Part shown: in pieces, positions 23,872-35,376 of the stretch
Position numbering within the stretch: the stretch's first letter is position 1
How the letters are laid out: each line of letters begins with the position of its first letter
DNA from: Dendrobates tinctorius
Lineage: Eukaryota
Direction of reading: 5' to 3'
Assembly: GCF_039654945.1 (NCBI RefSeq)
Contig: NW_027361737.1
Span: forward strand, 7,440,001 to 7,504,000
DNA: 64,000 bases
Notes under the pieces: model-generated
Databases searched by the model: none
The model's input: the letters and a program-made list of their open reading frames with translations, nothing else
Told to the model about the DNA's origin: nothing
Made by a program: the position numbers and the translations under genes

Positions 23872-24288
23872 CCACTATTGATTTTTAACCGTGCCCAACT
23901 TAGGTCTCTGGCTCCACTGTCTCTACTATTTCCCCTGACCTCCAACCCCGCCATCTACATCTCTGAAGTGGCGTCAGCACAATCTACACTTGTTCCTGTG
24001 TTCCTGTGGCTCAGTCCCATCAGTTTATCCCCTGATGTGTGTCTGGCAAGGTCTCCTGCTCTGTCCACATTCCCATAACCAGTAGTGGGAATGAGGACAG
24101 AGCTGGCGAACTTGCCGGACAAACATCAGGGGATCAACTGACGGGACTGAGCACCAGTAACACAGGAACAAGTGTAGATTGTGCTGACGCCACTTCAGAG
24201 ATGTAGCTGGCGGGGTTGGAGGCCAGGGTAAATAGTAGAGACAGTGGAGCCAGAGGCCTAAGTGGAGCATGGTTAGAATCAGTAGTAG
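23872..24288. repeat. Long inverted repeat 1 (about 205-bp arms, about 10-nt loop)
   Basis: Centre CTGTCCACATTCCCA-TAACCAGTAG-TGGGAATGAGGACAG; arms match outward. Confidence 0.9.
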
Positions 24289-24340
24289 TCAACAACCTCC
24301 ATAAAAACCGCTGCCCATTGGCCTCTGCATGCGGCATGCG

Positions 24341-26815
24341 TAATCCTGGGCTCCAACAGTGTCAGTTGGTGTTCAGAAGTGTCGTCTCCACAGAGCCAAA
24401 CACATTCGTTCAAGTGTTAGTGGGGTTCAGCACTGCCAGCTGTTCCCCTGCTGTGGAGATGGCAAGTCTCCTGCTGCCTACACTTGCCAAAATCCAGTAG
24501 GCCCCAGCCTGCTCCACGCCTAATCCTGGGCTCCAACAGCGTCAGTTGGTGTTCAGAAGTGACATCTCCACAGAGCCAAACACATTCGTTCGAGTGTTAG
24601 TGGGTTTCAGCACTGCCAGCTGTTCCCCTGCTGTGGAGATGGCAAGTCTCCTGCTGCCTTCACCTGCCAAAAGCAACAGGCCCCAGCCTGCTCCTCGCCT
24701 AATCCTGGGCTCCAACAGCGTCAGTTGGTGTTCAGAAGTGTCATCTCCACAGAGCCAAACACATTCGTTCAAGTGTTAGTGGGGTTCAGCACTGCCAGCT
24801 GTTCCCCTGCTGTGGAGATGGCAGTCTCTCCTACTGTCACCTCATTCCAAATACAGTAGGCCTCTGCCTACACCCTCCTATTTCCTGGGCTTCAACACAG
24901 CCAGTTGTAGCTCGGAAGTGTCGTCCACACGGAAAGAGATACTTGCTCCCGTGTCTCAGTGGGGTTCAGTAACGTCAGCTGATCCCCTGCTGTGTGGATG
25001 GCAGTCTCTCCTGCTGTCACCACATTCCAAATACAGTAGGCCTCTGCCTACACCCTCCTATTTCCTGGGCTTCAACACAGCCAGTTGTAGCTCGGAAGTG
25101 CCGTCCACACGGAAAGAGATACTTGCTCCCGTGTCTCAGTGGGGTTCAGTAACGTCAGCTGATCCCCTGCTGTGTGGATGGCAGTCTCTCCTGCTGTCAC
25201 CACATTCCAAATACAGTAGGCCTCTGCCTACACCCTCCTATTTCCTGGGCTTCAACACAGCCAGTTGTAGCTCGGAAGTGCCGTCCACACGGAAAGAGAC
25301 ACTTGCTCCCGTGTCTCAGTGGGGTTCAGTAATGTCAGCTGATCCCCTGCTGTGTGGATGGCAGTCTCTCCTGCTGTCACCACATTCCAAATACAGTAGG
25401 CCTCTGCCTACACCCTCCTATTTCCTGGGCTTCAACACAGCCAGTTGTAGCTCGGAAGTGCCGTCCACACGGAAAGAGATACTTGCTCCCGTGTCTCAGT
25501 GGGGTTCAGTAACGTCAGCTGATCCCCTGCTGTGTGGATGGCAGTCTCTCCTGCTGTCACCACATTCCAAATACAGTAGGCCTCTGCCTACACCCTCCTA
25601 TTTCCTGGGCTTCAACACAGCCAGTTGTAGCTCGGAAGTGCCGTCCACACGGAAAGAGATACTTGCTCCCGTGTCTCAGTGGGGTTGAGTAACGTCAGCT
25701 GATCCCCTGCTGTGTGGATGGCAGTCTCTCCTGCTGTCACCACATTCCAAATACAGTAGGCCTCTGCCTACACCCTCCTATTTCCTGGGCTTCAACACAG
25801 CCAGTTGTAGCTCGGAAGTGCTGTCCACACGGAAAGAGACACTTGCTCCCGTGTCTCAGTGGGGTTCAGTAACGTCAGCTGATCCCCTGCTGTGTGGATG
25901 GCAGTCTCTCCTGCTGTCACCTCATTCCAAATACAGTAGGCCTCTGCCTACACCCTCCTATTTCCTGGGCTTCAACACAGCCAGTTGTAGCTCGGAAGTG
26001 CCGTCCACACGGAAAGAGACACTTGCTCCCGTGTCTCAGTGGGGTTCAGTAACGTCAGCTGATCCCCTGCTGTGTGGATGGCAGTCTCTCCTGCTGTCAC
26101 CTCATTCCAAATACAGTAGGCCTGTGCCTACACCCTCCTATTTCCTGGGCTTCAACACAGCCAGTTGTAGCTCGGAAGTGCCGTCCACACGGAAAGAGAT
26201 ACTTGCTCCCGTGTCTCAGTGGGGTTCAGTAACGTCAGCTGATCCCCTGCTGTGTGGATGGCAGTCTCTCCTGCTGTCACCTCATTCCAAATACAGTAGG
26301 CCTCTGCCTACACCCTCCTATTTCCTGGGCTTCAACACAGCCAGTTGTAGCTCGGAAGTGCCGTCCACACGGAAAGAGACACTTGCTCCCGTGTCTCAGT
26401 GGGGTTCAGTAACGTCAGCTGATCCCCTGCTGTGTGGATGGCAGTCTCTCCTGCTGTCACCACATTCCAAATACAGTAGGCCTCTGCCTACACCCTCCTA
26501 TTTCCTGGGCTTCAACACAGCCAGTTGTAGCTCGGAAGTGCCGTCCACACGGAAAGAGATACTTGCTCCCGTGTCTCAGTGGGGTTCAGTAACGTCAGCT
26601 GATCCCCTGCTGTGTGGATGGCAGTCTCTCCTGCTGTCACCACATTCCAAATACAGTAGGCCTCTGCCTACACCCTCCTATTTCCTGGGCTTCAACACAG
26701 CCAGTTGTAGCTCGGAAGTGCCGTCCACATGGAAAGAGACACTTGCTCCCGTGTCTCAGTGGGGTTCAGTAACGTCAGCTGATCCCCTGCTGTGTGGATG
26801 GCAAAGTCTCCTGCT
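24341..26815 (+). repeat. 180-bp tandem arrays: about 3 units of type 1, then 11 near-identical units of type 2
   Basis: GGGGTTCAGTAACGTCAGCTGATCCCC recurs every 180 bp from 24961 to 26761. Confidence 0.97.
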
Positions 26816-26831
26816 GCCTACACAGTCGTAC

Positions 26832-27237
26832 CACTACTGATTTTTAACCGTGCTCCAATTAGGCCTGTGGCTCCACTGTCTCTCGTATTTCCCCTGTCCT
26901 CCAATCCCGCCAGTTACAGCTCCGAAGTGGCGTCTGCACAATCCACACTTGTTCCTGTGTTACAGGTGTTCAGTCCGGTCAGTTAATCCCCTGATGTGTG
27001 TCCAGCAATGTCGCCTGCTCTGTCCACATTCCCTTTATGGGAATGTGGACAGAGCAGGCGACATTGCCGGACACACATCAGGGGATTAACTGACCGGACT
27101 GAACACCTGTTACACAGGAACAAGTGTGGATTTTGCAGACGCCACTTCGGAGCTGTAACTGGCGGGGTTGGAGGACAGGGGAAATACGAAAATCAGTGAA
27201 GCCACAGGCCTAAGTGGAGCTTGGTTAAAATTAGTAG
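26832..27237. repeat. Long inverted repeat 2 (about 200-bp arms, 5-nt loop)
   Basis: Centre TGTCCACATTCCC-TTTAT-GGGAATGTGGACA; arms match outward. Confidence 0.9.
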
Positions 27238-27797
27238 AAGTCTACAGCCGATCTTAAAATTTCTTCAATGCAGCCTCAGCCTGCTCCGTGCTTGTCCCTG
27301 GGCTTCAACACAGCCAGTTGTTGCTCGGAAGTGCCGTCTTCACAGAGTAAAACACTAGCTCCTGTGTTTGTGGGGTTCAGTAACGTCAGCTGTTCCCCTG
27401 CTGTTTTGATGGCAATCTGTCCTGCTGCCTCCCAATTGACAGCACATCAGGCCTCAGCCTGCTAAGTGCTTGTCCTGGGCTCCAACATCGCCAGTTGCTG
27501 CTCATAACTGACTTTGGCACGGGTACTCCCTCCTGCCCAGCTTGGTTCCAGCCCTGCCTGCTGTTTCCGGGAAGTGTCAATGTCAGTTTGCCACCCCAAG
27601 TTGCCATGTCGTGTTGCGGTTGGGTTAGCCGAGGCTAGGGTGCCAGCAGTTTAGGTGCTTCCTATGTGGACTGCGGGTTCTGGTAAGAAAGGCTTGTTCC
27701 GTAGTGCCAGTAGGACAAGCACCCCCTGTAGGACTGTGTGATTCGGTAACTGCGGCCAGCTTGCGGCATGCCAACTTTGCTTTTCAGGGGTAACTTC

Positions 27798-28826
27798 TGC
27801 TACCCCTCCGGGTTCCAGCACCGTCAGCTGGTTCTCGTCAGAACCTTTGGCCTAGGTGCCTCCATCTCGGTATCCGAGTTCCGGCAACGTCTGCTGGTCC
27901 TTGGTAGTGCTTTGTAGCACAGGTACCTCCTGCTTAGTAACCGGGTTCCAGCACCGTCAGCTGGTCCTCGGTTGTGCCATTGGCTCTTATTCCTTCTGCT
28001 GCCCCTCCGGGTGCCAGCACTGTCAGCTGGTCCTCGCTATTTCCATTTGCTCTTGCAGCTTATGCTACCCCTCCGGGTTCCAGCACCGTCAGCTGGTTCT
28101 CGTCAGAGCCTTTGGCCTAGGTGCCTCCATCTCGGTATCCGAGTTCCGGCAACGTCTGCTGGTCCTTGGTAGTGCTTTGTAGCACAGGTACCTCCTGCTT
28201 AGTAACCGGGTTCCAGCACTGTCAGCTGGTCCTCGGTTGTGCCATTGGCTCTTATTCCTTCTGCTGCCCCTCCGGGTGCCAGCACTGTCAGCTGGTCCTC
28301 GCTATTTCCATTTGCTCTTGCAGCTTATGCTACCCCTCCGGGTTCCAGCACCTTCAGCTGGTTCTCGTCAGAGCCTTTGGCCTAGGTGCCTCCATCTCGG
28401 TATCCGAGTTCCGGCAACGTCTGCTGGTCCTTGGTAGTGCTTTGTAGCACAGGTACCTCCTGCTTAGTAACCGGGTTCCAGCACCGTCAGCTGGTCCTCG
28501 GTTGTGCCATTGGCTCTTATTCCTTCTGCTGCCCCTCCGGGTGCCAGCACAGTCAGCTGGTCCTCGCTATTTCCATTTGCTCTTGCAGCTTATGCTACCC
28601 CTCCGGGTTCCAGCACCGTCAGCTGGTTCTCGTCAGAGCCTTTGGCCTAGGTGCCTCCATCTCGGTATCCGAGTTCCGGCAACGTCTGCTGGTCCTTGGT
28701 AGTGCTTTGTAGCACAGGTACCTCCTGCTTAGTAACCGGGTTCCAGCACCGTCAGCTGGTCCTCGGTAGTGCCATTGGCTCTTGTTCCTTCTGCTGCCCC
28801 TCCGGGTGCCAGTACAGTCAGCTGAT
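27798..28826 (+). repeat. 265-bp tandem repeat (about 3.9 near-identical units)
   Basis: TGCTACCCCTCCGGGTTCCAGCAC at 27798, 28063, 28328 and 28593. Confidence 0.97.
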
Positions 28827-29159
28827 TCAAGAGGACAAAGAACAGGAAGACAACCACCAAGATGCAGAACAACAAGAGAGAGAAGACAAAGAAGCATAAA
28901 AAAACAAAGCAGAAGAACATTAAGCATAAGACTAATACTCTGAGCAAATGATATTATCTTATTTATAAGCAGAAGAAGACTAAGCAGTGTATGGGGGTGA
29001 GTCCGTTCCTCCTCGTGGTGCCCCTGGAAAAGGCCTGCTGCTGCAGGCCAAACTGAACGCGGACAAATCCTGTTGTAAATCTTTTGTGACAGGCAGAACG
29101 GAAGGTGTAAACTTCTAACTTTTCTAGATAACAACTACAGAAATGCCTGACACAAACAA

Positions 29160-29445
29160 GAATATGATGAAGAAGAATAGGAAGAAGATGAAGAAGTTGA
29201 ATATGTAGAATAATAATTGTTGAATAAGAAGAATATGAAGAATGTAAGAAAAGGAAGAAGAAGAAGAATGTAAAAAAAGGAAGTAGAAGAATTTAAAAAA
29301 AGGAAGAAGAAGAATGTAAAAAAAGGAATAAGAAGAATGTAAAAAAAGGAAGTAGAAGAATGTAAAAAAAGGAATAAGAAGAAGAAGAAGGTAAAAAAAG
29401 GAAGAAGAATAAGAAAGAAGAAGAAAGAAGAAAGAAGAAGAAGAC
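29160..29445 (+). repeat. GAA-rich purine tract inside hAT-B
   Basis: Low-complexity AAGAAG/GAATGTAAAAAAAGG units. Confidence 0.9.
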
Positions 29446-29921
29446 ATACATGTCTGGCAAAATATAAATGAGGCTCACATAGTCAATATCTTTGTAACTC
29501 CTAACGTCTTTAAAAAAAAAGTTTAATTCCTGCTATTCCATTTGATTGGGCTAAACCTCTATGGCTTTAATGTCTCCTCCACCTCCCACAATACATTCTA
29601 CATTATTCTTAGTTGTTTTTCTTCATGTAGAATTAACCTACAAGGAAAGAAAGGGTTTTTTTTAATTCCGATATTTTGGCCCCATTGACTTGCATTGGTT
29701 CCCGGTATCGGAATCGGCGATACCGATACTTTTTTTTAAGATCGGCCAATCCATTCCGATCCGATATTTTCAAGTATCGGCTGGTATTGCTCAACTCTAG
29801 TAATTACCAGAAATAATTTTATTCCTAATACATACACACCTGACAGCTTTTTTTGAACCAGCAACAAGTCACCAGCAATGACAGGTTTCTACTTGAGAAC
29901 CAAGATCCATTTTTGCATTAA

Positions 29922-31142
29922 AGCAGTTGTCCAATCCAAATTGATTAGTGTACAGTCACTCTGTGTGACTGCAGACTTATGAATCCCCCCCAGTGCACAG
30001 TGCTTTGCCAGTTTCAGACCTGGGACCAGAAGATATGCATGAGTTATACCATATTATTCAAACTATAAGACGCATTGGACCATAAGAAGCTCCTCAAATT
30101 TTCAGAAGGAAAATGGGGAAAAAAATTAATGCGTCAAATGGGGTCCATCTTACAGTCCTGAATTCATCTTACCCTGGGGGGATCCGCAGCGCTGGTGGCA
30201 GCAAGAGTCAGGCAATTCTGCCAGTGGTCCGATACTGCAGGGCGATGATCTCACTCCCATCCCAGCCTGGTGCGGCAGTTTTGGCAGTGCTTGGTGCTGC
30301 GGGGGACTCTGGCGACATTATGTGAAAGCCTGAAGCCCCTGCAGTTCTATTGCCTTGACGCTTTGGCCTCCGGGAAAATGGCACATGTGCAGATTGAGAT
30401 CTTGGCGAGATCTTGGGAGACAATCTCAATCTGCGCATGCGCCGCCTCCAGTGGCCATTTTCTCGAAGGCCAGATTGATTCCCAAGACACAGATTGAGAT
30501 CTCGTCCCGAGATCTTGGGAGACAAATTCTCTGAGCCAAGATCTCAATCTGCACATGCGCCGCCTTCAGTGGCCATTTTCCTGGAGGCCACAGCATTGAG
30601 GCAATAGAACTGCGGGGATTTGGGCTTTGACATAATGTCGCCAGAGCCCCCCGCAGCACCGAGCACTGACGAAACTGCCACACCATGTCGCTGGAGCCCC
30701 CACAGCACCAAGCACCACCAAAACTGCCACACCAACTGCACAAGGCTGGGATGGGAGCGAGATCATCGTCCTGCAGTGTCGGACTATTGGAAGAATTGTC
30801 CGACTACGGATGCTACCACGCTAACTGTAAGTACACTCCAACTATAAGACGCACCACCTTTTTCTCCCCCAAATTTTGGGGAAAAAAGTGCGTCTTATAG
30901 TCGGAAAAATAAGGTACATACCACAGAATGGCCTTGTTACTAGATGAGGCACTGCCTCGCTCCATACAAGTGTATGGAGCGAGGCCGTGGCCACTGGGCT
31001 GGAGTATGTATAACTCAAACATACCCTCCATGCCTGCATCTGAAACTGGCAAATTCCGGCTGTGCAAAGTGCTGGGGGAATCCATAAGTCTGCATTTAAA
31101 CAGAGGGACAATAGACTTATAGATTTGGAGTGGACAGCCACT
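29922..31142. mobile_element. Kolobok/T2-type MITE (TTAA target) interrupted by a Tc1/mariner-type element
   Basis: TTAA-AGCAGTTGTCCA...TGGACAGCCACT-TTAA, with degenerate inverted arms. Confidence 0.65.
30049..30914. mobile_element. Non-autonomous Tc1/mariner (pogo/Tc2-like) element with a large internal palindrome
   Basis: TA-CCATATTATTCAAACTATAAGACGCA...TGCGTCTTATAGTCGGAAAAATAAGG-TA. Inverted arms at about 30200-30800. Confidence 0.75.
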
Positions 31143-32363
31143 TTAATGACTACAGGATTTGTCTTCTATTTATTTAAATGTATTTTTTATTATTGACTTG
31201 CTTTTTTAAGATTTGTATGATTAATTGCAGTTTTTAAAAAAAATTTTTACACTTTAGCATATATATGATTTTTTTTCAAAAGTCCAAATGCACAATTTTC
31301 CCTATAGTTTCTCTTTTGTTTTCTACCAAATTTAAAATTTATTTTGCCGATTGTGTGTTTTTTTAATTTTTTTTTTATCCTAATATGTATTTTTAACAGA
31401 AATCTAATATTCTACAGCTGTATGTAATATATGATGGAAAACAAGCTGTTTGCCACAGTATGACTGAAAGTCCTCAAAACCTGAATGTAACAGTGGCCAT
31501 AGTTATTCAAAGCTGGCCCAGACAGGAAGATAAGGGACTGCTGAAAAAAGCTAATTCTTTGTATTGATGGAAGAGGAGACTGAATGGCTACTAGATAACC
31601 AGAGTGCTGCAGTATTTCACTCCTGACTGAGGAAACAAGAATAGATGTCTCTACACATTAGATTGTTGGCAGATCCTGCTAAAACATCTGATGTATCATA
31701 ACAATAAATAGCACAATAAAAAAAAAATGTGAATTTTTATGTAATGGAATTATCGGCCTTTGTAGCTAGTTTCGAACTTTAAGAAAAAAACAGAAAAAAA
31801 ACACTTAAAAGAAAACACTTCACTTAATACAGATATGACATCAGAATTGAGAATTTTGATAATGACTGATCAATTCTGGCAGAGAAAGAAGCAGATTTCT
31901 CTGATAAGATATATTACAAAGTGTCTTATTTTCAAGTGTGCTATTGATTTATGAAATTGAAATGACGGTTACTCTTTAATTTTCTAAGCGTAGACGCATA
32001 AAAGTGCACAGAAATATTTTACAGATCTTTTGTTTTTAAAAGCAACATTCTGTTTTTGCATCTTCATTGATACTGAAGAGTTACTTTGTTACATAGTACG
32101 TATGGCCGGAATGACTTGATAACTTGATCCTGTTCATTCTTATTCCTTAATACCTAGCTCCAAGGATTTACACAAATCTCATTTTAGGATCAGCCTAACC
32201 AATTAAGCCTTTTATTGTAAATCAGAAGAAAAAAAACTAACAAAATGTGACTCCAAAAAGTCATAACATATCTTACCCTTAAGTTTAGCATTATGATAAC
32301 TCATTGTGTTAGTCTTATAAATGAGCCATGCAAAATGATAAATTCTGCTCTACTACACGTGTC

Positions 32364-32410
<47 letters not shown>

Positions 32411-32550
32411 ATATATATATATATATACTAGCTGAAGAGCCCGGCACTGCCCGGGCATAGTAACTAACTACGGTCAGTTATAACAAATTATAATGATTAT
32501 ATATGAAGCTGAATGTAGAGCCCCGCCCATTCCGCATAGTCACATTCACT

Positions 32551-33200
32551 ATAATATCCCACATCATCCCGTCAGCCAGAGCTACCGGACTACTACCCAT
32601 AATATCCCACATCATTCCGTCAGCCAGAGCCACTGGACTACTACCCCTAATATCCCACATCATCGCATCAGCTGGAGCCACGGGACAACTACCACTAATA
32701 TCCCACATCTTCCTGTCAGCCAGAGCTACCAGACTACAACCCATAATATCCCACATCGTCCCATTAGCCAGAGCAACTGGACTACTACCACTAATATCCC
32801 TCATTATCCCATCAGCCAGAGCTACCGGACTACTACCCATAATATCCCACATCATTCCGTCAGCTAGAGCCACTGGACTACTACCCCTAATATCCCACAT
32901 CATCGCATCAGCTGGAGCCACGGGACAACTACCACTAATATCCCACATCTTCCCATCAGCCAGAGCTACCAGACTGCAACCCATAATATCCCACATCGTC
33001 CCATTAGCCAGAGCAACTGGACTACTACCACTAATATCCCTCATTATCCCGTCAGCCAGAGCTACCGGACTACTACCCATAATATCCCACATCATCCCAT
33101 CAGCAAGAGCCACTGGACTACTACTCCTAATATCCCACATCATCCCATCAGCCAGAGACACCGGACAACTACCACTAATATCCCACATCATCCCGTCAGC
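32551..33200 (+). repeat. 48-bp minisatellite (about 13.5 units) with 240-bp higher-order period
   Basis: Unit ATAATATCCCACATCATCCCGTCAGCCAGAGCTACCGGACTACTACCC; variant pattern repeats at 32581, 32821 and 33061. Confidence 0.93.
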
Positions 33201-33690
33201 CTGGAGTCAGAACCAGAGGGCTGAGTGGAATGGTCCTAACTTCCATACTGGGGATCCCTTTAAGAGAGGCCTGGCATCAGAACCAGAGATCTGAGTGGAT
33301 TTGCCCTGACTTCCATACCAATGATCCCTTTAATAGAAGAATGAGGTGAGAATCAGAGTGCTGAGGGATTTAACCTAACTTCCATACTGGAGATCCCTTT
33401 AAGAGAGGCCTGGGGTCAGTACCAAAGTGCAGAGTGGATTTTCCCGCACTTCCGCACCGAGGATCCCTTTAAGAGGGGCCTTGGGTCAATACCAGAGCAC
33501 TGAGTGGATTTGCCCTGACTTCCATACAGGAGATCCCTTTAAGAGAGCCTGGGGTCACTACCAGAGCATTTGAAGGCAATTGCCCTGACTTCCATACCGG
33601 GGATCCCTTTAAGAAAGGCCTGGGGTCAAAACCAAACCGCCGGAAGGATTTGCTCTGACTTCCATACTGGAGATCCCTTTAAGAGGGAAG
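33201..33690 (+). repeat. About 70-bp tandem repeat (about 7 diverged units)
   Basis: ACTTCCATACTGGRGATCCCTTTAAGAG recurs about every 70 bp. Confidence 0.9.
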
Positions 33691-33961
33691 ATGTACCTAT
33701 GGGATGGAGGATGTGTGATGGGTATATAACAGTAGGCACGGGAGGGGGGATTCATTTCTGTCATGTCCTCACTGTTCCTTTTGGGGGGCAGACAATCCCT
33801 GGGAACTAGATTTCTCCCACCCGGTCAGTGTCTGCTGAGGTGTCGAGTGGGAAAACTGCTGCTCATAGCAACCAATCACAGCTCAGCTTCTTTTGAACAG
33901 CTATGGTGAAATAAAAGATGCTTCGTGATTGGTTGGCAATACACACATACATTCATTCAGT

Positions 33962-33993
<32 letters not shown>

Positions 33994-34389
33994 TATACAT
34001 AATATATACATAAACATGCACACATGTATTGTGAGGCAGTGAGGGGAATCTTATACAAGAGTCATTATGTGTACCCCACAATGTGTATAGAAGCATACTA
34101 AACCCTCTGGAGTGCATTAATAAAAGCCACAGCTATGGTTACAATGCAAAATGAAACAGTGTGGACTTTGTCAAGATATATGACAAAGTCAGATTGATGC
34201 AAACCTGACATGGGCTTTTATTTTTAGAGAGATCTAGAGGATGGTAGTGGAATGGATCTCTCCCTCCACTCCGGGTCTTGGGACTGGCCCATGTCCACGA
34301 TTCCCATTTAAACTTTCAGTTGAGGCTTGGATGGGTCAGTGTTTGGTTTCCAAGTATCTGAGCAGGGAGCTCTGTGCAGGACAGGTCTG

Positions 34390-34717
34390 TGTAAAGCGTC
34401 ACCGATATCGCTATGTGTGATACTTACCTCCGACTGGCTCCCCCGCTGTCTGTCGCTGATCGCGCAGCTCCATTTCTCATCGGGCGCTTCCTGCTGGGCT
34501 TCCAGCTGGCGCCGACGAGCGACGCGTGGACGCGGGCGGGAGGACGTCAGGATAGCCGCGTTTGAAAGGTAAGTAACGACCGCTGCTGCGTCGCTACATC
34601 GCTGTGAGATCTGCCTGTGTGGAAGCTCACTAGCGACCATTTAGCAATGCACCAGCGATCCTGACCAGGTCGTATCGTTGTCGGGATCGCTGGTGCATCG
34701 CTAAATGTAAAGAGGCC
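34390..34717. mobile_element. Partial Harbinger-type MITE (CGAT/ATCG-rich family)
   Basis: Ends ...ATCGCTAAATGTAAAGAGGCC-TTA. Homologous to 44387-44792, 46530-46908 and 56452-56911. Confidence 0.7.
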
Positions 34718-35376
34718 TTAAGACTGAACACAGGCCAGAGAAGGAAAAGCCAATAACATACCCATGAGTGATACAGCAGTGCTGTCGCCCATGGCAACAC
34801 GATAACAGAGGGTTATGGAAGAACATTCTACGAACCTGAGGATAACGTTTCAGTTATTTTTATAAGCTTACAAAATAAAGATGAAGCCGCTGCATTACAG
34901 TATATATATATAAAGTGCGTATATATATACATATATATATATACATATATATTATATATATGTACTGTATACATTCTAAATATTCTGAAGAAAATATGTT
35001 GCCCAGTGTCTTTACAGTTTCATTTACTCTCTAATCACTCTCAGCTGCTTCGATTACAGCGCTGTGTGTATTCTGGAATAACACGGATATCACAGGAAGA
35101 CCCTGAGGTGTTTCCTGCATTGTTAGATCACGGAGCAAGGCAAAGTAATCTGAATATATTTAGCAAATTTACCAACTTGGCTCAACTTTTGATATTGAAT
35201 TAAATAGAATTTGCCAGTAACTGCTGGTATAAACAATCAATACTAATACAATGCTTCTCCAGGATGTAACACAATCTATTCAGAATAAAGGATGCAATAT
35301 TCTACTAAGAACTGACAGATCAGACCTTATCCTCTATGATTGGTTTAAAATTCTTTAGAATGATACAGGTGATTAA

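Larger units (their letters stand above)
18789..29799 (+). mobile_element. Complete 11.0-kb hAT (Ac/Tam3, BED-finger type) DNA transposon copy B
   Basis: TIRs TAGTGTTGAGCA / TGCTCAACTCTA. Perfect 8-bp TSD GTAATTAC (18781-18788, 29800-29807). CCGATAC/GTATCGG/TTCCGA subterminal motifs at both ends. Intact transposase. Confidence 0.97.
32426..33965 (+). mobile_element. Helitron/Helentron-like non-autonomous element inserted in (TA)n
   Basis: Begins TACTAGCTGAAGAGCCCGGCACTGCCCGGGC (short hairpin). No TIR or TSD. Flanked by (TA)n on both sides. Contains internal minisatellites. Confidence 0.55.

Noticed and set aside
24918-26840. 256-aa and 340-aa ORFs made of 60-aa repeats
   Set aside because: By-product of a 180-bp unit (a multiple of 3) without a stop in one frame. 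GTG starts, and one unit carries a TGA. No domain similarity is evident.
24341-28826. CRISPR-like appearance of regularly spaced palindromic repeats
   Set aside because: The intervening sequences are themselves repeated rather than unique spacers. No cas genes; eukaryotic context.
28619-29478. Minus-strand hydrophobic F/L/S-rich ORFs
   Set aside because: Derived from the GAA-rich tract and the 265-bp repeat; no coding evidence.
32478-33294. Long ORFs on both strands
   Set aside because: Translations of a 48-bp minisatellite.
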